Part shown: positions 41,508-51,955 of the stretch, in pieces
Layout of the letters: the number at the start of each line of letters is the position of its first letter
How positions within the stretch are numbered: position 1 is the stretch's first letter
Origin: Reclinomonas americana ATCC 50394
Lineage: Eukaryota
Assembly: GCA_048213135.1 (NCBI GenBank)
Contig: PS015010.1
Location: forward strand, 372,001 to 436,000
Reading direction: 5' to 3'
Length of the DNA stretch: 64,000 nt
Notes under the pieces: generated by a model
The model's database searches: none
What the model was told of the DNA's origin: nothing
What the model saw: only the letters and a program-made list of their open reading frames with translations
Made by a program: the position numbers and the translations under genes

Positions 41508-44120
41508 ATGGCAAAAGCAGCGACAGAGACACCCTTAATGCAGCAACACGGGGCCATCAAGGCCCGGTATCCCGACGCGATACTGCTGTTCAGGGTGGGT
41601 GATTTTTATGAGACTTTCGGGCAGGATGCCGTGAATACAGCTGCCGTACTTGGCATTACCCTTACCAAAAGAAATAATGGTAATGAAGAATCCTCGCAAC
41701 TGGCGGGCTTTCCTCATCACGCACTGGATACCTACCTGCACAAACTGGTAAAAGCCGGTTACCGCGTGGCCATCTGCGACCAGCTCGAAGACCCCAAACA
41801 GGTAAAGGGCATTGTGAAACGCGGTGTTACCGAACTGGTGACGCCGGGCGTTGCCACCAGCGACAAACTGCTGGAGCACAACAGCAACAACTTCCTGGCC
41901 GCCCTTCATTTTGATAACGATACAACCGGGCTGGCCTTACTCGATATTTCTACCGGCGAATTTTTCATTGCCGAAGGCGATAAGGAATACACCGATAAAT
42001 TGCTGCAGAGCCTCAAACCCGCGGAAGTGATCTTCCAGCGCAACCGGCAAAAGCAATTCAAAGAAAATTTCGGCAACCGATTTTTTACTTATGGTCTTGA
42101 TGAATGGATATTCACCGAAGCCTACGCTACCGAAAGCCTGCTCAGGCATTTCGGCACACACAGCCTGAAAGGCTTTGGTGTGGAAGCCCTCAATGCCGGC
42201 ATCATTGCGGCAGGAGCGATACTGCATTACCTGAAAGATACCGAACATCCCAACCTGGGGCATATTACCTCTTTACAGCGTATAGAAAGGGAAGAGCATT
42301 TATGGATGGACCGGTTTACCATTCGCAACCTGGAATTGTTTGGCGGGGCGGAAGGCAGCCACAGCCTGTTGCAGGTGCTCGACAATACCGTTTCGCCCAT
42401 GGGCGCCCGCCTGCTTAAACGCTGGATGGTGCTGCCGCTCAACAACCCGGAAAAGATCAACGAACGGCTGGACGCGGTGGAGTTCTTTATCCGAGAAACA
42501 GATACCCGTAACAAGATGCTGCAATGCATCCGCCAGGCCGGCGATGTGGAAAGGCTGGTGAGTAAAGTGCCGCTGAAAAAAGTGAACCCGCGTGAAGTAT
42601 TGCAGATCGCCAAAGGATTGCAGCAGGCCGAACAGGTGAAGACCATGCTCACCGGTACATCGAATAATTATGTGAAACGCCTGAGCGAATCCATCAATCC
42701 CTGTACCTATATTTTTGAAAGGATAACCAAAGACATTGCTGAAAATCCCCCGGCAGTGGCTTCAAAAGGAGGGATGATCGCGGCGGGCGTGCACGAAGAG
42801 CTCGACAGCCTGCGCCGCATTGCCAGTGGCGGTAAAGAGTACCTGGTGGAATTGCAGCAGAAGGAAGCCGCCGCTACCGGCATATCTTCCCTGAAAATAG
42901 GTTTCAACAATGTATTCGGCTATTACCTGGAAGTGACGAACATCCACAAAGCCAAAGTGCCGGAAAGCTGGATACGCAAACAGACCCTCGCCAATGCGGA
43001 GCGTTACATCACCCCTGAATTAAAAGAATACGAAGAAAAGATCACCGGCGCTGAGGATAAGATATACCAGATAGAAATACAGTTATTCGAGCAACTACTT
43101 AATGAATTGCAGGACTTCATCGCACCCATGCAGGTGAACGGAAGTGTGCTGGCTACGCTCGACTGCCTGGCCTGTTTCGCCAATAATGCCCTGCAACTGA
43201 ATTATAAAAAACCGGTGGTGACCGACGGCGCTATTCTCGACATAAAAGACAGCCGTCATCCCGTAATAGAAAGACACCTGCCACCGGGCGAATCGTACAT
43301 CAGCAATGATATACTGCTCGACCCCGCTGGTCAGCAGGTCATCATCCTTACCGGTCCCAATATGAGTGGTAAGAGTGCCATCCTGCGGCAGACGGCCCTT
43401 ATTACCCTGATGGCGCATATCGGCAGTTTTGTACCTGCCAGTGAGGCAAAGATTCCTTTGACCGATAAGATCTTCACCCGGGTAGGCGCCAGCGACAACC
43501 TGAGTGGCGGTGAAAGTACCTTTATGGTGGAAATGAACGAGACTGCCAGCATCATCAACAACCTCACCAGCCGCAGCCTTATTTTGCTGGATGAGATCGG
43601 CCGCGGCACTTCCACCTACGATGGTATCAGTATCGCCTGGAGTATCGCCGAATTTCTTCACGAATCACCCTGCCAGCCCAAAACACTGTTTGCCACCCAC
43701 TACCACGAGCTGAATGAACTGGAAGACCGGCTGCCCCGCATCCGCAATTACCATGTTACCAATAAGGAAGTAGGCAACCGTGTCATTTTCCTGCGTAAAC
43801 TGGCGCCGGGGGGTAGTACCCACAGCTTCGGTATCCACGTAGCCCGTATGGCCGGTATGCCGCCTGCACTGATTGACCGGGCCAACGAAGTGCTGAAAGT
43901 GCTGGAAGACAGCAAAAATAACCTGGAAGGCAACGACCGCGATAACCTGAAAAACAAGGTTACCCCCGTAGCCATGCCCCATATGCAGCTGAATATCTTC
44001 GATGCCCATTCCGTTACCTTTGCCGATATCCGCGAATTGCTGGAATCGGTGGATATCAACCGCCTGACACCTGTTGAAGCCCTGTTAAAATTGCAGGAGA
44101 TCAAAAATAAATTGCAGTGA
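41508..44120 (+). CDS. mutS: DNA mismatch repair protein MutS
   Basis: TPLMQQ, FRVGDFYE, TGPNMSGKS, DEIGRGTST and FATHYHEL. Start ATG 41508. Confidence 0.98.
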   Translation: MAKAATETPLMQQHGAIKARYPDAILLFRVGDFYETFGQDAVNTAAVLGITLTKRNNGNEESSQLAGFPHHALDTYLHKLVKAGYRVAICDQLEDPKQVKGIVKRGVTELVTPGVATSDKLLEHNSNNFLAALHFDNDTTGLALLDISTGEFFIAEGDKEYTDKLLQSLKPAEVIFQRNRQKQFKENFGNRFFTYGLDEWIFTEAYATESLLRHFGTHSLKGFGVEALNAGIIAAGAILHYLKDTEHPNLGHITSLQRIEREEHLWMDRFTIRNLELFGGAEGSHSLLQVLDNTVSPMGARLLKRWMVLPLNNPEKINERLDAVEFFIRETDTRNKMLQCIRQAGDVERLVSKVPLKKVNPREVLQIAKGLQQAEQVKTMLTGTSNNYVKRLSESINPCTYIFERITKDIAENPPAVASKGGMIAAGVHEELDSLRRIASGGKEYLVELQQKEAAATGISSLKIGFNNVFGYYLEVTNIHKAKVPESWIRKQTLANAERYITPELKEYEEKITGAEDKIYQIEIQLFEQLLNELQDFIAPMQVNGSVLATLDCLACFANNALQLNYKKPVVTDGAILDIKDSRHPVIERHLPPGESYISNDILLDPAGQQVIILTGPNMSGKSAILRQTALITLMAHIGSFVPASEAKIPLTDKIFTRVGASDNLSGGESTFMVEMNETASIINNLTSRSLILLDEIGRGTSTYDGISIAWSIAEFLHESPCQPKTLFATHYHELNELEDRLPRIRNYHVTNKEVGNRVIFLRKLAPGGSTHSFGIHVARMAGMPPALIDRANEVLKVLEDSKNNLEGNDRDNLKNKVTPVAMPHMQLNIFDAHSVTFADIRELLESVDINRLTPVEALLKLQEIKNKLQ

Positions 44121-44187
44121 TGGCCACCCCGGCAATATGTAATTCGTTCAGTATTTAGCATCTTTGGGGCACAATTGTTGTGCGGCC

Positions 44188-44218
44188 TTGCAGCAAAATG
44201 ACGCATAAGGTCGTCTTA
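44188..44218 (+). promoter_or_regulatory. ECF-type promoter TTGCAGC-N17-CGTCTTA
   Basis: 20 bp upstream of the 44239 ATG; matches 23106-23136. Confidence 0.55.
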
Positions 44219-44238
44219 CCGATGATTATAACTGTTAT

Positions 44239-46263
44239 ATGCTTAAAAAAGGTTCCTTTCTTATTATAATATCTCTACTGGCTTTTTTCGAAGGCTTTTC
44301 GCAGTGTACCACTTTGGGGCAGAACCCCAGCACGGCTTTCCCGGTGTGTGGTACTACTACATTTGTACAGAATACGGTTCCGCTTTGCAGCTCCAATGCC
44401 CTTTATGTTCCGGGATGCACGGGCAGCAGCAGCGCCAATTACGAGAACCGCAATCCCTTCTGGTATAAATTTACCTGCTACCAGTCGGGCACCCTGGGTT
44501 TTGTGATCAATCCCAATAACAACGACGATTACGACTGGCAATTATATGATGTTACCGGTCTTAATCCCGATGATGTGTATACCAACACGTCTATCATCGT
44601 GTCCGGCAACTGGTCGGGTACCTACGGTCCAACCGGCGCCTCGGCATCCGGTGTGAGTTACCTGCAGTGCGCTTCCGACCCAACCGCCAATGAACCCACT
44701 TTTGCCCAAATGCCCAATCTCATTGCAGGGCACAATTACTTGCTGCTGGTGAGTCATTTTACCGATACCCAGTTTGGTTATTCTCTTTCTTTCGGGGGCG
44801 GCACCGCGGTGATCACCGATCCCAAAGATCCCCATCTTGATAAATCAAGGGCCATCTGCGACGGTACATCTGCCGCCATCACCCTTAATAAAAGGATGAA
44901 GTGCAACAGCCTTACCGCCACCGGTTCCGAATTCAGCATCAGCCCCGCGGTGGCCACCGTTATTGCGGCAACGGGTTATGGTTGCAGCAACGGGTTCGAT
45001 ATGGATTCTGTCAATCTTACTTTCAGCGCGCCGCTGCCACCGGGTAATTACACCATCATCATCAACAAAGGCACCGACGGCAATACCTTACTCGACAACT
45101 GCGGTAAAGCGATCCCGGATGGAGAAACCATCCCGATGGTCGTATATCCCGTGGTGCCCACGCCCATGGACAGCCTGACTAAAGTAAAATGTGCACCTGA
45201 TTCCCTGCAGCTGGTATTCCGCAAAGGGATACGTTGCAGTTCGCTGGCGGCAGATGGTACCGATTTCGACATAACCGGTCCCACCACGGTAACCGTTACT
45301 TCTGCTACAGCCAATTGTGATGCCGACGGCCTGTCGAAGGTCATCATCGTTCATTTATCCGCTCCCATACAAACAGCGGGCACTTATATTATCCGGCTGA
45401 AAAACGGTTCAGACGGCAACACCCTGGTTGATGAATGCGCACAGCAAACACCGGCGGGTTCGTTTATTCCTTTCGTAACAAAAGATACGGTGAATGCCGA
45501 TTTCAGTTTCGGTATCCGCTATGGCTGCCGCCGCGATACCGTAGATTATGTCCACGACGGAAGGAATGGTGTGAACGTATGGAAATGGAACTTCGACAAC
45601 CTGCGTACCAGTAACCTGCAAAGCCCGTCCATCATCTACGGCACATTCGGTTTGAAGCATACACAACTGATCGTTTCCAATGGCGTGTGCAGCGACACTT
45701 CTGCTGTAATTCCGGTTATGCTTGATAATGAACTGAAAGCGGAGTTTGAAGGAACAGCCATCGTATGCCCGGGCGACAGGGCGCATTTCGTGGATAAAAG
45801 CACGGGGCATATCGTTTCCTGGAACTGGATATTTGGCAACGGCAATACCAGCAACCTGCCATCTCCGCCCGATCAGACTTATCCCACTTCACAGATCACG
45901 CAGGATGTACCGGTGAAGCTGATCATTACTAATAATCTGGGTTGTAAAGATTCCATGATACACCGCGTAAAAGTGGCGGGCAATTGTTACATCGCTGTAG
46001 CGGGTGCCTTTACTCCGAATGGCGACGGACTGAATGATTTTCTTTATCCCATCAACGCCTACAAGGCACAGGACCTCATCTTCCGCGTATTCAACCGTTT
46101 CGGGCAAATGATATTTGAGACCCGTGACTGGACAAAAAAATGGGATGGAACCTTCAAAGGACAGGGCGCCGATCCTGCCACCTATGTATGGATGCTGGAA
46201 TATACAGACGGAGATTCGGGCAAACGGATCAAACAAAAAGGAACTTCTATTTTAATCAGGTAA
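44239..46263 (+). CDS. T9SS type B CTD (gliding motility-associated C-terminal domain) protein with PKD domains
   Basis: Signal peptide; DDYDWQLY N-domain; W.WNF PKD repeats; AFTPNGDGLND...FNRFGQ...WDG CTD. Confidence 0.92.
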   Translation: MLKKGSFLIIISLLAFFEGFSQCTTLGQNPSTAFPVCGTTTFVQNTVPLCSSNALYVPGCTGSSSANYENRNPFWYKFTCYQSGTLGFVINPNNNDDYDWQLYDVTGLNPDDVYTNTSIIVSGNWSGTYGPTGASASGVSYLQCASDPTANEPTFAQMPNLIAGHNYLLLVSHFTDTQFGYSLSFGGGTAVITDPKDPHLDKSRAICDGTSAAITLNKRMKCNSLTATGSEFSISPAVATVIAATGYGCSNGFDMDSVNLTFSAPLPPGNYTIIINKGTDGNTLLDNCGKAIPDGETIPMVVYPVVPTPMDSLTKVKCAPDSLQLVFRKGIRCSSLAADGTDFDITGPTTVTVTSATANCDADGLSKVIIVHLSAPIQTAGTYIIRLKNGSDGNTLVDECAQQTPAGSFIPFVTKDTVNADFSFGIRYGCRRDTVDYVHDGRNGVNVWKWNFDNLRTSNLQSPSIIYGTFGLKHTQLIVSNGVCSDTSAVIPVMLDNELKAEFEGTAIVCPGDRAHFVDKSTGHIVSWNWIFGNGNTSNLPSPPDQTYPTSQITQDVPVKLIITNNLGCKDSMIHRVKVAGNCYIAVAGAFTPNGDGLNDFLYPINAYKAQDLIFRVFNRFGQMIFETRDWTKKWDGTFKGQGADPATYVWMLEYTDGDSGKRIKQKGTSILIR

Positions 46264-46269
46264 TTGTAC

Positions 46270-46354
46270 GATTTGAAAATTTGAAGATGAAACTCATCAG
46301 TAGAGGTGAGCTCATCTTCATCTTCACATTTTCAAATTGGCACATCTTCAAATT
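46270..46354. repeat. Inverted family B octamer repeats between convergent genes
   Basis: gatttgaaaatttgaagatga ... tcatcttcacattttcaaattggcacatcttcaaatt. Confidence 0.75.
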
Positions 46355-46880
46355 ATTTACCCAGTTTTCTTCTTTCATCTCTTTCTTCGCGGAGCATCGC
46401 TCCAAAGTCCATCTTTCTCACCATTGTTTTTACCACCAGTGCAATACGTTTGGTGCGTGTGGGATCGGTTTTGGCGCTGTCGATCCATTTGGTAAAATAA
46501 TTGCGGTGGCCCTGGGGCAGGGAATTGTAATACGCAAGGGCTTCGGGTTCGTCGGCCAGGCATTCCAGTAATTCGGGCGGCGATTCAATCGGTGATTTAT
46601 CCAATTCAACCCGCACTTTTACCGTGGCGCCTTTTTTCTTGCCGATGCCTTTTTTTATGGCTGCATTTATGGGTATGATGAAGTCGCCTTCGCCCATGGG
46701 CAGCAGCGAAACTTTTTCTACAGGATGATCGTCGATGGTACCTTTTACCCGGTAAGATTTTTTTACCCCGGGGTTGATCTTTGCGGCTACGGCTGCAGGT
46801 ACCAGGATATAGGTCCAGCCGGTCTTTTCTCCCTGGCTGTCAAATTTTTCCAGTACCGCGTTGAATGGTGTTATGGCCAT
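46353..46880 (-). CDS. DUF1905 + YdeI/OmpD-associated domain protein
   Basis: GEKTGWTYI, LLPMGEG and WIDSAKTDPTRTKRI. Confidence 0.88.
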   Translation of the reverse strand: MAITPFNAVLEKFDSQGEKTGWTYILVPAAVAAKINPGVKKSYRVKGTIDDHPVEKVSLLPMGEGDFIIPINAAIKKGIGKKKGATVKVRVELDKSPIESPPELLECLADEPEALAYYNSLPQGHRNYFTKWIDSAKTDPTRTKRIALVVKTMVRKMDFGAMLREERDERRKLGK

Positions 46881-46883
46881 AAC

Positions 46884-48983
46884 TCACTTGTTTTTACCGT
46901 ATCGCTTATTGCTGATGAGCCAGCTGGCTACCTGGTAGTAAGCAATGGCCTGATGGGTAAGACTGTCGGCACCGGTGATCTCCTGCGCTTTACCCGTATT
47001 GAAATCGGGGCGGTAGGTCTTGATCTTTTTTACCGGCGACTGCACCACCAGCTGGCTGTCGCGAAGATAACCCAATCCCTGGTAGGTGCTGATGAAGGCC
47101 CGCTCATGACCGGGCTCTGTATGGAACATATCCTGTCCGAAAAATTTACTGGTATAACTCATGTTGAGGAAACCGAGGATGCTGGGTACGATGTCGATCT
47201 GCGCTGTAAGGTGATCATTGCGGGATGGTGCAATATGTGCAGGTGAATAAAAGATCAGCGGTATATGATAACCCGTAACCGGCAAGCCTGTACTTCCCGC
47301 ACTGGAAGCGCAATGATCGGCCACGATCACGAACAGGGTATTGCTGAACCAGGGATGCGAAGATGCCCTTTTGATGAAATCGCCGATGGCATAGTCGGTG
47401 TACTTGATGGCGCCCTCACGGCTTTGGGTAGACGAAGGAATGTCGATCCTGCCATCGGGGTAAGTATAGGGCCGGTGATTGGATACCGTCATCACATGCG
47501 AGAAAAAAGACTTGCCCGCTTTGTAGTTGCTGTCGAGCGTGCGGAGCGTTAAGGTAAACAGGTCTTCGTCGGCCACGCCCCATATATTGGCATAGTGTAT
47601 ATCTTTTGCAGCCAGTGCCGATCTGTCGATCACTTCATAATCATTGTGACCGAAGAAGTAATTCATGTTATCAAAATAACCATAGCCGCCATAAATGTAT
47701 TGCGAAACATAACCCTTGCTTTTGAATACACTGCCCAGGGAGAAGAGGTCTTCATTATTGGGCCGTTTTACGATGCTTTGCCCGGGTGTGGGCGGAATGG
47801 AAAGAGAAAGCGCTTCCAGTCCGCGTACCGTTCGGGTACCCGATGCGTAATGCTGCGTGAACAGCAGTCCCTGGCGGGCCAGTGCATCCAGTTGCGGGGT
47901 CAGGTTCTGCGTATTCCCGAAAGTCCCCATATAACTGGCGCTCAGGCTTTCCACGCTGATGAGCACTACGTTCATTTTCTTCTCGGGATCGGGGTAGCTG
48001 ATCTTTCTTTCAATGCTGAAAAGGTCATTGCCTGTGAAAGCCGAATAGGGAGATGACAACTGCTGTCTCAGCAACGTGAAAGCGGTGGAGTCGGGCAGGG
48101 TATAGTAGTATTTGTAATAATCCAGTTCATTGTTTTTATAGGCCTGTAAAAATTCATAGATGCCATTGCCGGCCAGTTCATTGGCATAATTGTTTTTGCT
48201 GAAATTCTTCCATTGGGGTTTTACCAGGTAAAGACAGGCAAAGGGTACCAGTAACAGCGCCAGGGCAAACAGCAGCCGTTTAACAAAATGCATCGGCACC
48301 TGTACCGACCGCACTATACTTTTCCGTGTAAACAAAAAAATGAGGAGTGTGGCAAATCCCAGCGCTGAAACAATGGCGAAGAGCGGATAGGATTCCCGGA
48401 TATTGCCCACCACCTCGTTGGTGTACACCAGGTAATCCACCGCGATGAAATTATACCGGGACGCAAACTCTTTCCAGAAGAACCATTCGCTGGCGGCATT
48501 GAAGAGCAGCAGGAAAACGATAAGAAAGAAAAGGAACTGCAGGATAAGCGCCCTCCACTTTAACCGTACCGACTGTTTTTGTGTATACAGCAGCAGGAAC
48601 ACCACTACGCGGAACAGGAGATAATATTCCAGGATCATGAACAGTGCGTGGCTGAAGTCTTTGGGCAGCACATGCGTGAAGAACAGCAGATAGGCCACCA
48701 CGGCAATAACCAGTACGGCGAGTATACCACCTTTCTTCGTGTAGATAAATTCATTGGTAAAAGTTACCTGCAGTACAAGCGGGATAATGAGGAAAGAGGC
48801 AATGACCAGGTCGTAGAACAGGCCAATAAAAAAACTGGAGATAAATTGGGCGAATGTCATATCCAGGTCTCCCCGGAAGGCAATGAACAAAGCCGTTCTT
48901 GTAACAACTGAAATGAGTACTGCAACTATAGCTAATAACAATGCAGGGGCATAGCGATGCCGCTTAATAGCAGTTAAATTCAT
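46884..48983 (-). CDS. LTA synthase family membrane sulfatase/phosphotransferase
   Basis: N-terminal TMs; VESLS, GTRTVRG, TVSNHRPY and VADH. Confidence 0.92.
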   Translation of the reverse strand: MNLTAIKRHRYAPALLLAIVAVLISVVTRTALFIAFRGDLDMTFAQFISSFFIGLFYDLVIASFLIIPLVLQVTFTNEFIYTKKGGILAVLVIAVVAYLLFFTHVLPKDFSHALFMILEYYLLFRVVVFLLLYTQKQSVRLKWRALILQFLFFLIVFLLLFNAASEWFFWKEFASRYNFIAVDYLVYTNEVVGNIRESYPLFAIVSALGFATLLIFLFTRKSIVRSVQVPMHFVKRLLFALALLLVPFACLYLVKPQWKNFSKNNYANELAGNGIYEFLQAYKNNELDYYKYYYTLPDSTAFTLLRQQLSSPYSAFTGNDLFSIERKISYPDPEKKMNVVLISVESLSASYMGTFGNTQNLTPQLDALARQGLLFTQHYASGTRTVRGLEALSLSIPPTPGQSIVKRPNNEDLFSLGSVFKSKGYVSQYIYGGYGYFDNMNYFFGHNDYEVIDRSALAAKDIHYANIWGVADEDLFTLTLRTLDSNYKAGKSFFSHVMTVSNHRPYTYPDGRIDIPSSTQSREGAIKYTDYAIGDFIKRASSHPWFSNTLFVIVADHCASSAGSTGLPVTGYHIPLIFYSPAHIAPSRNDHLTAQIDIVPSILGFLNMSYTSKFFGQDMFHTEPGHERAFISTYQGLGYLRDSQLVVQSPVKKIKTYRPDFNTGKAQEITGADSLTHQAIAYYQVASWLISNKRYGKNK

Positions 48984-49145
48984 GTCCTGATTTTTGGTCG
49001 TTCTTACAAATGTAATATTACATTCTGAAGAAAATCAGAAGAAGATGGGAGGGGAGTAAGTAAAAAGTCAACAGGAAAAAGTAAAAATGGCGTTTAATAC
49101 CTCCCGTGTTTTTTGAATTTTTACTTTTGATTTTCAAATTTGGCA

Positions 49146-50183
49146 TTAAGCATTCTTAGGTAACGCATACTTTCTCCACTTTTCAATCACCTGCTCCATA
49201 TCGGGAGGCAGCGGGCTTTCAAAATGAACAGGTTTGCCTGTAGCGGGGTGTGTAAAGCCCAGTTCACGGGCGTGCAGTGCCTGCCGCTGGCATATCTCGA
49301 AGCAATTATCGACGAACTGTTTGTATTTGCTGAAAACAGTGCCTTTTACGATCCTGTCGCCACCATAAAAATCATCGTTGAACAGGGGATGCCCGATCAG
49401 TTGCATGTGTACCCTTATCTGGTGTGTTCGACCGGTCTCCAGCCGGCACTCCACCAGGGTTACATAATTGAACCTTTCCAGTACCCGGTAATGGGTGATG
49501 GCATCTTTGCCATGATCGCCATCGGGGTAGGCGGTAAACAATTTGCGGAAACGCAGGTGACGGCCCACATGAGCAATGATGGTACCTTCTTCCTTTTCAA
49601 AATCTCCCCATACCAGGGCGATGTAGCGGCGGTGAACTGTATGGTTGAAGAACTGTTTGGCCAGTGAGGTCATCGCTTTCGCGGTTTTGGCCAGTACCAG
49701 CAGCCCGCTGGTGTTTTTGTCGATACGGTGTACCATGCCAAAGCGGGGCAGTTCGTTCTCGTCAAGATCGGGATTCTGCTGTTTCAGGTAATAAGCCACG
49801 CCGTTCACCAGGGTACCGTTGGGGTTGCCGCTTCCGGGATGCACCACCATTCCCGCGGGCTTGTTGATGATGAGGATGGACTCATCTTCATACACAATAT
49901 CCAGCGGCATGTCTTCGGGTACAATATCGGAGCTTTCGGGTGAGCGGTTATCATATACCACCACTTTGTCGTGGGGCTTTACCTTGTAATTGCTTTTGAT
50001 GGGTTTCTCATTCACCAGCACCATTTCATTGTCAATGGCCTGCTGTATTTTGTTGCGGGTGGCGCCTTCAATACGGCTCATCAGGAATTTGTCGATGCGC
50101 AGGGGGTCCTGGCCCTTATCAATGGTGATGAGCAGTTTCTCGTATAGTTCCTCGCTTTCCGGTTGTTCTATTTCTTCGTTCAT
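49146..50183 (-). CDS. rluD: RluA/RluD family pseudouridine synthase
   Basis: S4 domain; NKPAGMVVHP, VHRIDKNTSGL and GRTHQIRVH. Confidence 0.9.
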   Translation of the reverse strand: MNEEIEQPESEELYEKLLITIDKGQDPLRIDKFLMSRIEGATRNKIQQAIDNEMVLVNEKPIKSNYKVKPHDKVVVYDNRSPESSDIVPEDMPLDIVYEDESILIINKPAGMVVHPGSGNPNGTLVNGVAYYLKQQNPDLDENELPRFGMVHRIDKNTSGLLVLAKTAKAMTSLAKQFFNHTVHRRYIALVWGDFEKEEGTIIAHVGRHLRFRKLFTAYPDGDHGKDAITHYRVLERFNYVTLVECRLETGRTHQIRVHMQLIGHPLFNDDFYGGDRIVKGTVFSKYKQFVDNCFEICQRQALHARELGFTHPATGKPVHFESPLPPDMEQVIEKWRKYALPKNA

Positions 50184-50273
50184 AACAGCGTCTGATGTGG
50201 TGGTTTTATTCCGCCTGCCGGGCTTATTGCGGAAACCCGGCTTTCATTTAACTTTGCAAATTAAAACATTGCG

Positions 50274-51014
50274 GTGGATAAGCAGAAAGTCATATTCCGT
50301 GACCTGGGCCTGGTCGATTACAAAGACGCCTGGGATTACCAGGAAAACCTGCTGGCGGAGAATGTTTCGGTAAAATCGAAACTGCGCCAGCTGGAAGCTG
50401 TGCCGGCGGGTACAGACGAGCAGGAGCCGGCTGAGGGCGACCTCGTTACCCGGCATTACCTCCTTTTCTGCGAACACCCGCCTGTGTATACGCTGGGCAA
50501 AAGCGGCAACGCGGATAACCTGCTCATCAGCCAGTCGCAGATGCAGGAAAAGCAACTGCAGTTCTTCAACAGCAACCGCGGTGGCGATATCACTTTTCAT
50601 GGCCCGGGCCAGGTGGTGGGCTATCCTATCCTCGATCTTGAAAAATATTATACCGATATCGGCAAATACCTGCGTAACCTGGAAGAAGTGATCATCAGAA
50701 CCATCGGTGAATATGGTATTGAGGGCGGAAGGAGCAGCGGGGAAACCGGAGTATGGTTAGATGCCGGCATTCCCGGCAGGGAAAGAAAAATAGCAGCTAT
50801 CGGTGTACGTTGCAGCCGCTGGGTAACGATGCACGGCTTTGCGCTGAATGTAAATACCGACCTCAGTTACTTCAACAACATCATTCCCTGTGGTATCGTC
50901 AATAAACAGGTTACTTCTATAGAAAAGGAGTTGGGCCGTAAGGTGGATTTTGCACAGGTGCAGGAGTTGCTGAAAACGCAATTTGAAGAAGTGTTCCAGT
51001 CAGAACTGGTGTGA
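50274..51014 (+). CDS. lipB: Octanoyltransferase LipB
   Basis: EHPPVYTLG, RGGDITFHGPGQ, KIAAIG, HGFALNV and IPCG. Confidence 0.96.
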   Translation: MDKQKVIFRDLGLVDYKDAWDYQENLLAENVSVKSKLRQLEAVPAGTDEQEPAEGDLVTRHYLLFCEHPPVYTLGKSGNADNLLISQSQMQEKQLQFFNSNRGGDITFHGPGQVVGYPILDLEKYYTDIGKYLRNLEEVIIRTIGEYGIEGGRSSGETGVWLDAGIPGRERKIAAIGVRCSRWVTMHGFALNVNTDLSYFNNIIPCGIVNKQVTSIEKELGRKVDFAQVQELLKTQFEEVFQSELV

Positions 51015-51833
51015 TTATTGTTTCACATCCTTCGGAATAAAAAAGCGGTTCTTTTCAATACGTTTCCCATTCTCAAATATTTCGAAAAAGTACCAGCCTG
51101 AGCGCAGGAAATTCACTTTATCGAGTATAAGATAAGCTTCATTTATTTTGCTGAGCTCAAAAAGGAATTTTTCATTTTCATCAAAAAACTTCACCTGGTA
51201 TTTTCTTGATGTTGCCCAGGGCAGCAGGATGATGACATTATTATCCTTACCCGTATAAATACGCCGGCTGGGGTAAGTAGCCAGGTCGGGTGTATTGGTG
51301 GCTACCGGCAGGCTGACCGGGGGTTTGGTCACCAGTTGGTCGAGCTGCGAACGTGCCGAATCGGCGGGTACCCCTGAATCGGCTGGGTTGGGCCGGTTAA
51401 CGGAAGGCTGGGGCGGATTGCTCCGGGGTACACTGGTTACTACCGGGTCGAATGGCTGTGACGGCGGGTTGACGGTGGGCTGCTGAAAACTTTCTTTAAC
51501 CGGTCTCGCCGATTCACTGAAAATATAGTTGCCGCCATCAAAAGAAATGAAAACACGGTAGTACATTTTATTGTACGGTGTATTCTCATCTGCATAACCA
51601 TTCTCCTCGTTCTGCGGGTTCAGGACTGAGCCGATGGTGGAAAAATTACGCAGACTGTCATATGACCTTTGTATGTTGATCGTCTTTACAGAAAGCGGGT
51701 ACTGGTTGCGCCAGCTGATGATGATCCTGTTGTTGATGTTCTTAACGGAAATGCGGGGAAGTATCTCCTGGGCCAACAGGTGGTTGGAGATGCAGGCAAG
51801 GAACAGGGATGTAAGACAGATCAACTTGCGCAT
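51015..51833 (-). CDS. Hypothetical exported protein (two domains joined by a Pro-rich linker)
   Basis: 272 aa with a signal peptide and a central P/S/T-rich segment. Confidence 0.7.
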   Translation of the reverse strand: MRKLICLTSLFLACISNHLLAQEILPRISVKNINNRIIISWRNQYPLSVKTINIQRSYDSLRNFSTIGSVLNPQNEENGYADENTPYNKMYYRVFISFDGGNYIFSESARPVKESFQQPTVNPPSQPFDPVVTSVPRSNPPQPSVNRPNPADSGVPADSARSQLDQLVTKPPVSLPVATNTPDLATYPSRRIYTGKDNNVIILLPWATSRKYQVKFFDENEKFLFELSKINEAYLILDKVNFLRSGWYFFEIFENGKRIEKNRFFIPKDVKQ

Positions 51834-51955
51834 AACTGGAAAAACTTCCGGACGATTGGTAAGGCAAATATAATGGCAAATAGGTGAATACCGCTGTTAA
51901 CCGGGCAAGTTATGGGATGTGCTGATTATTTTTAATGCATTGCCGCCGTTCATCT

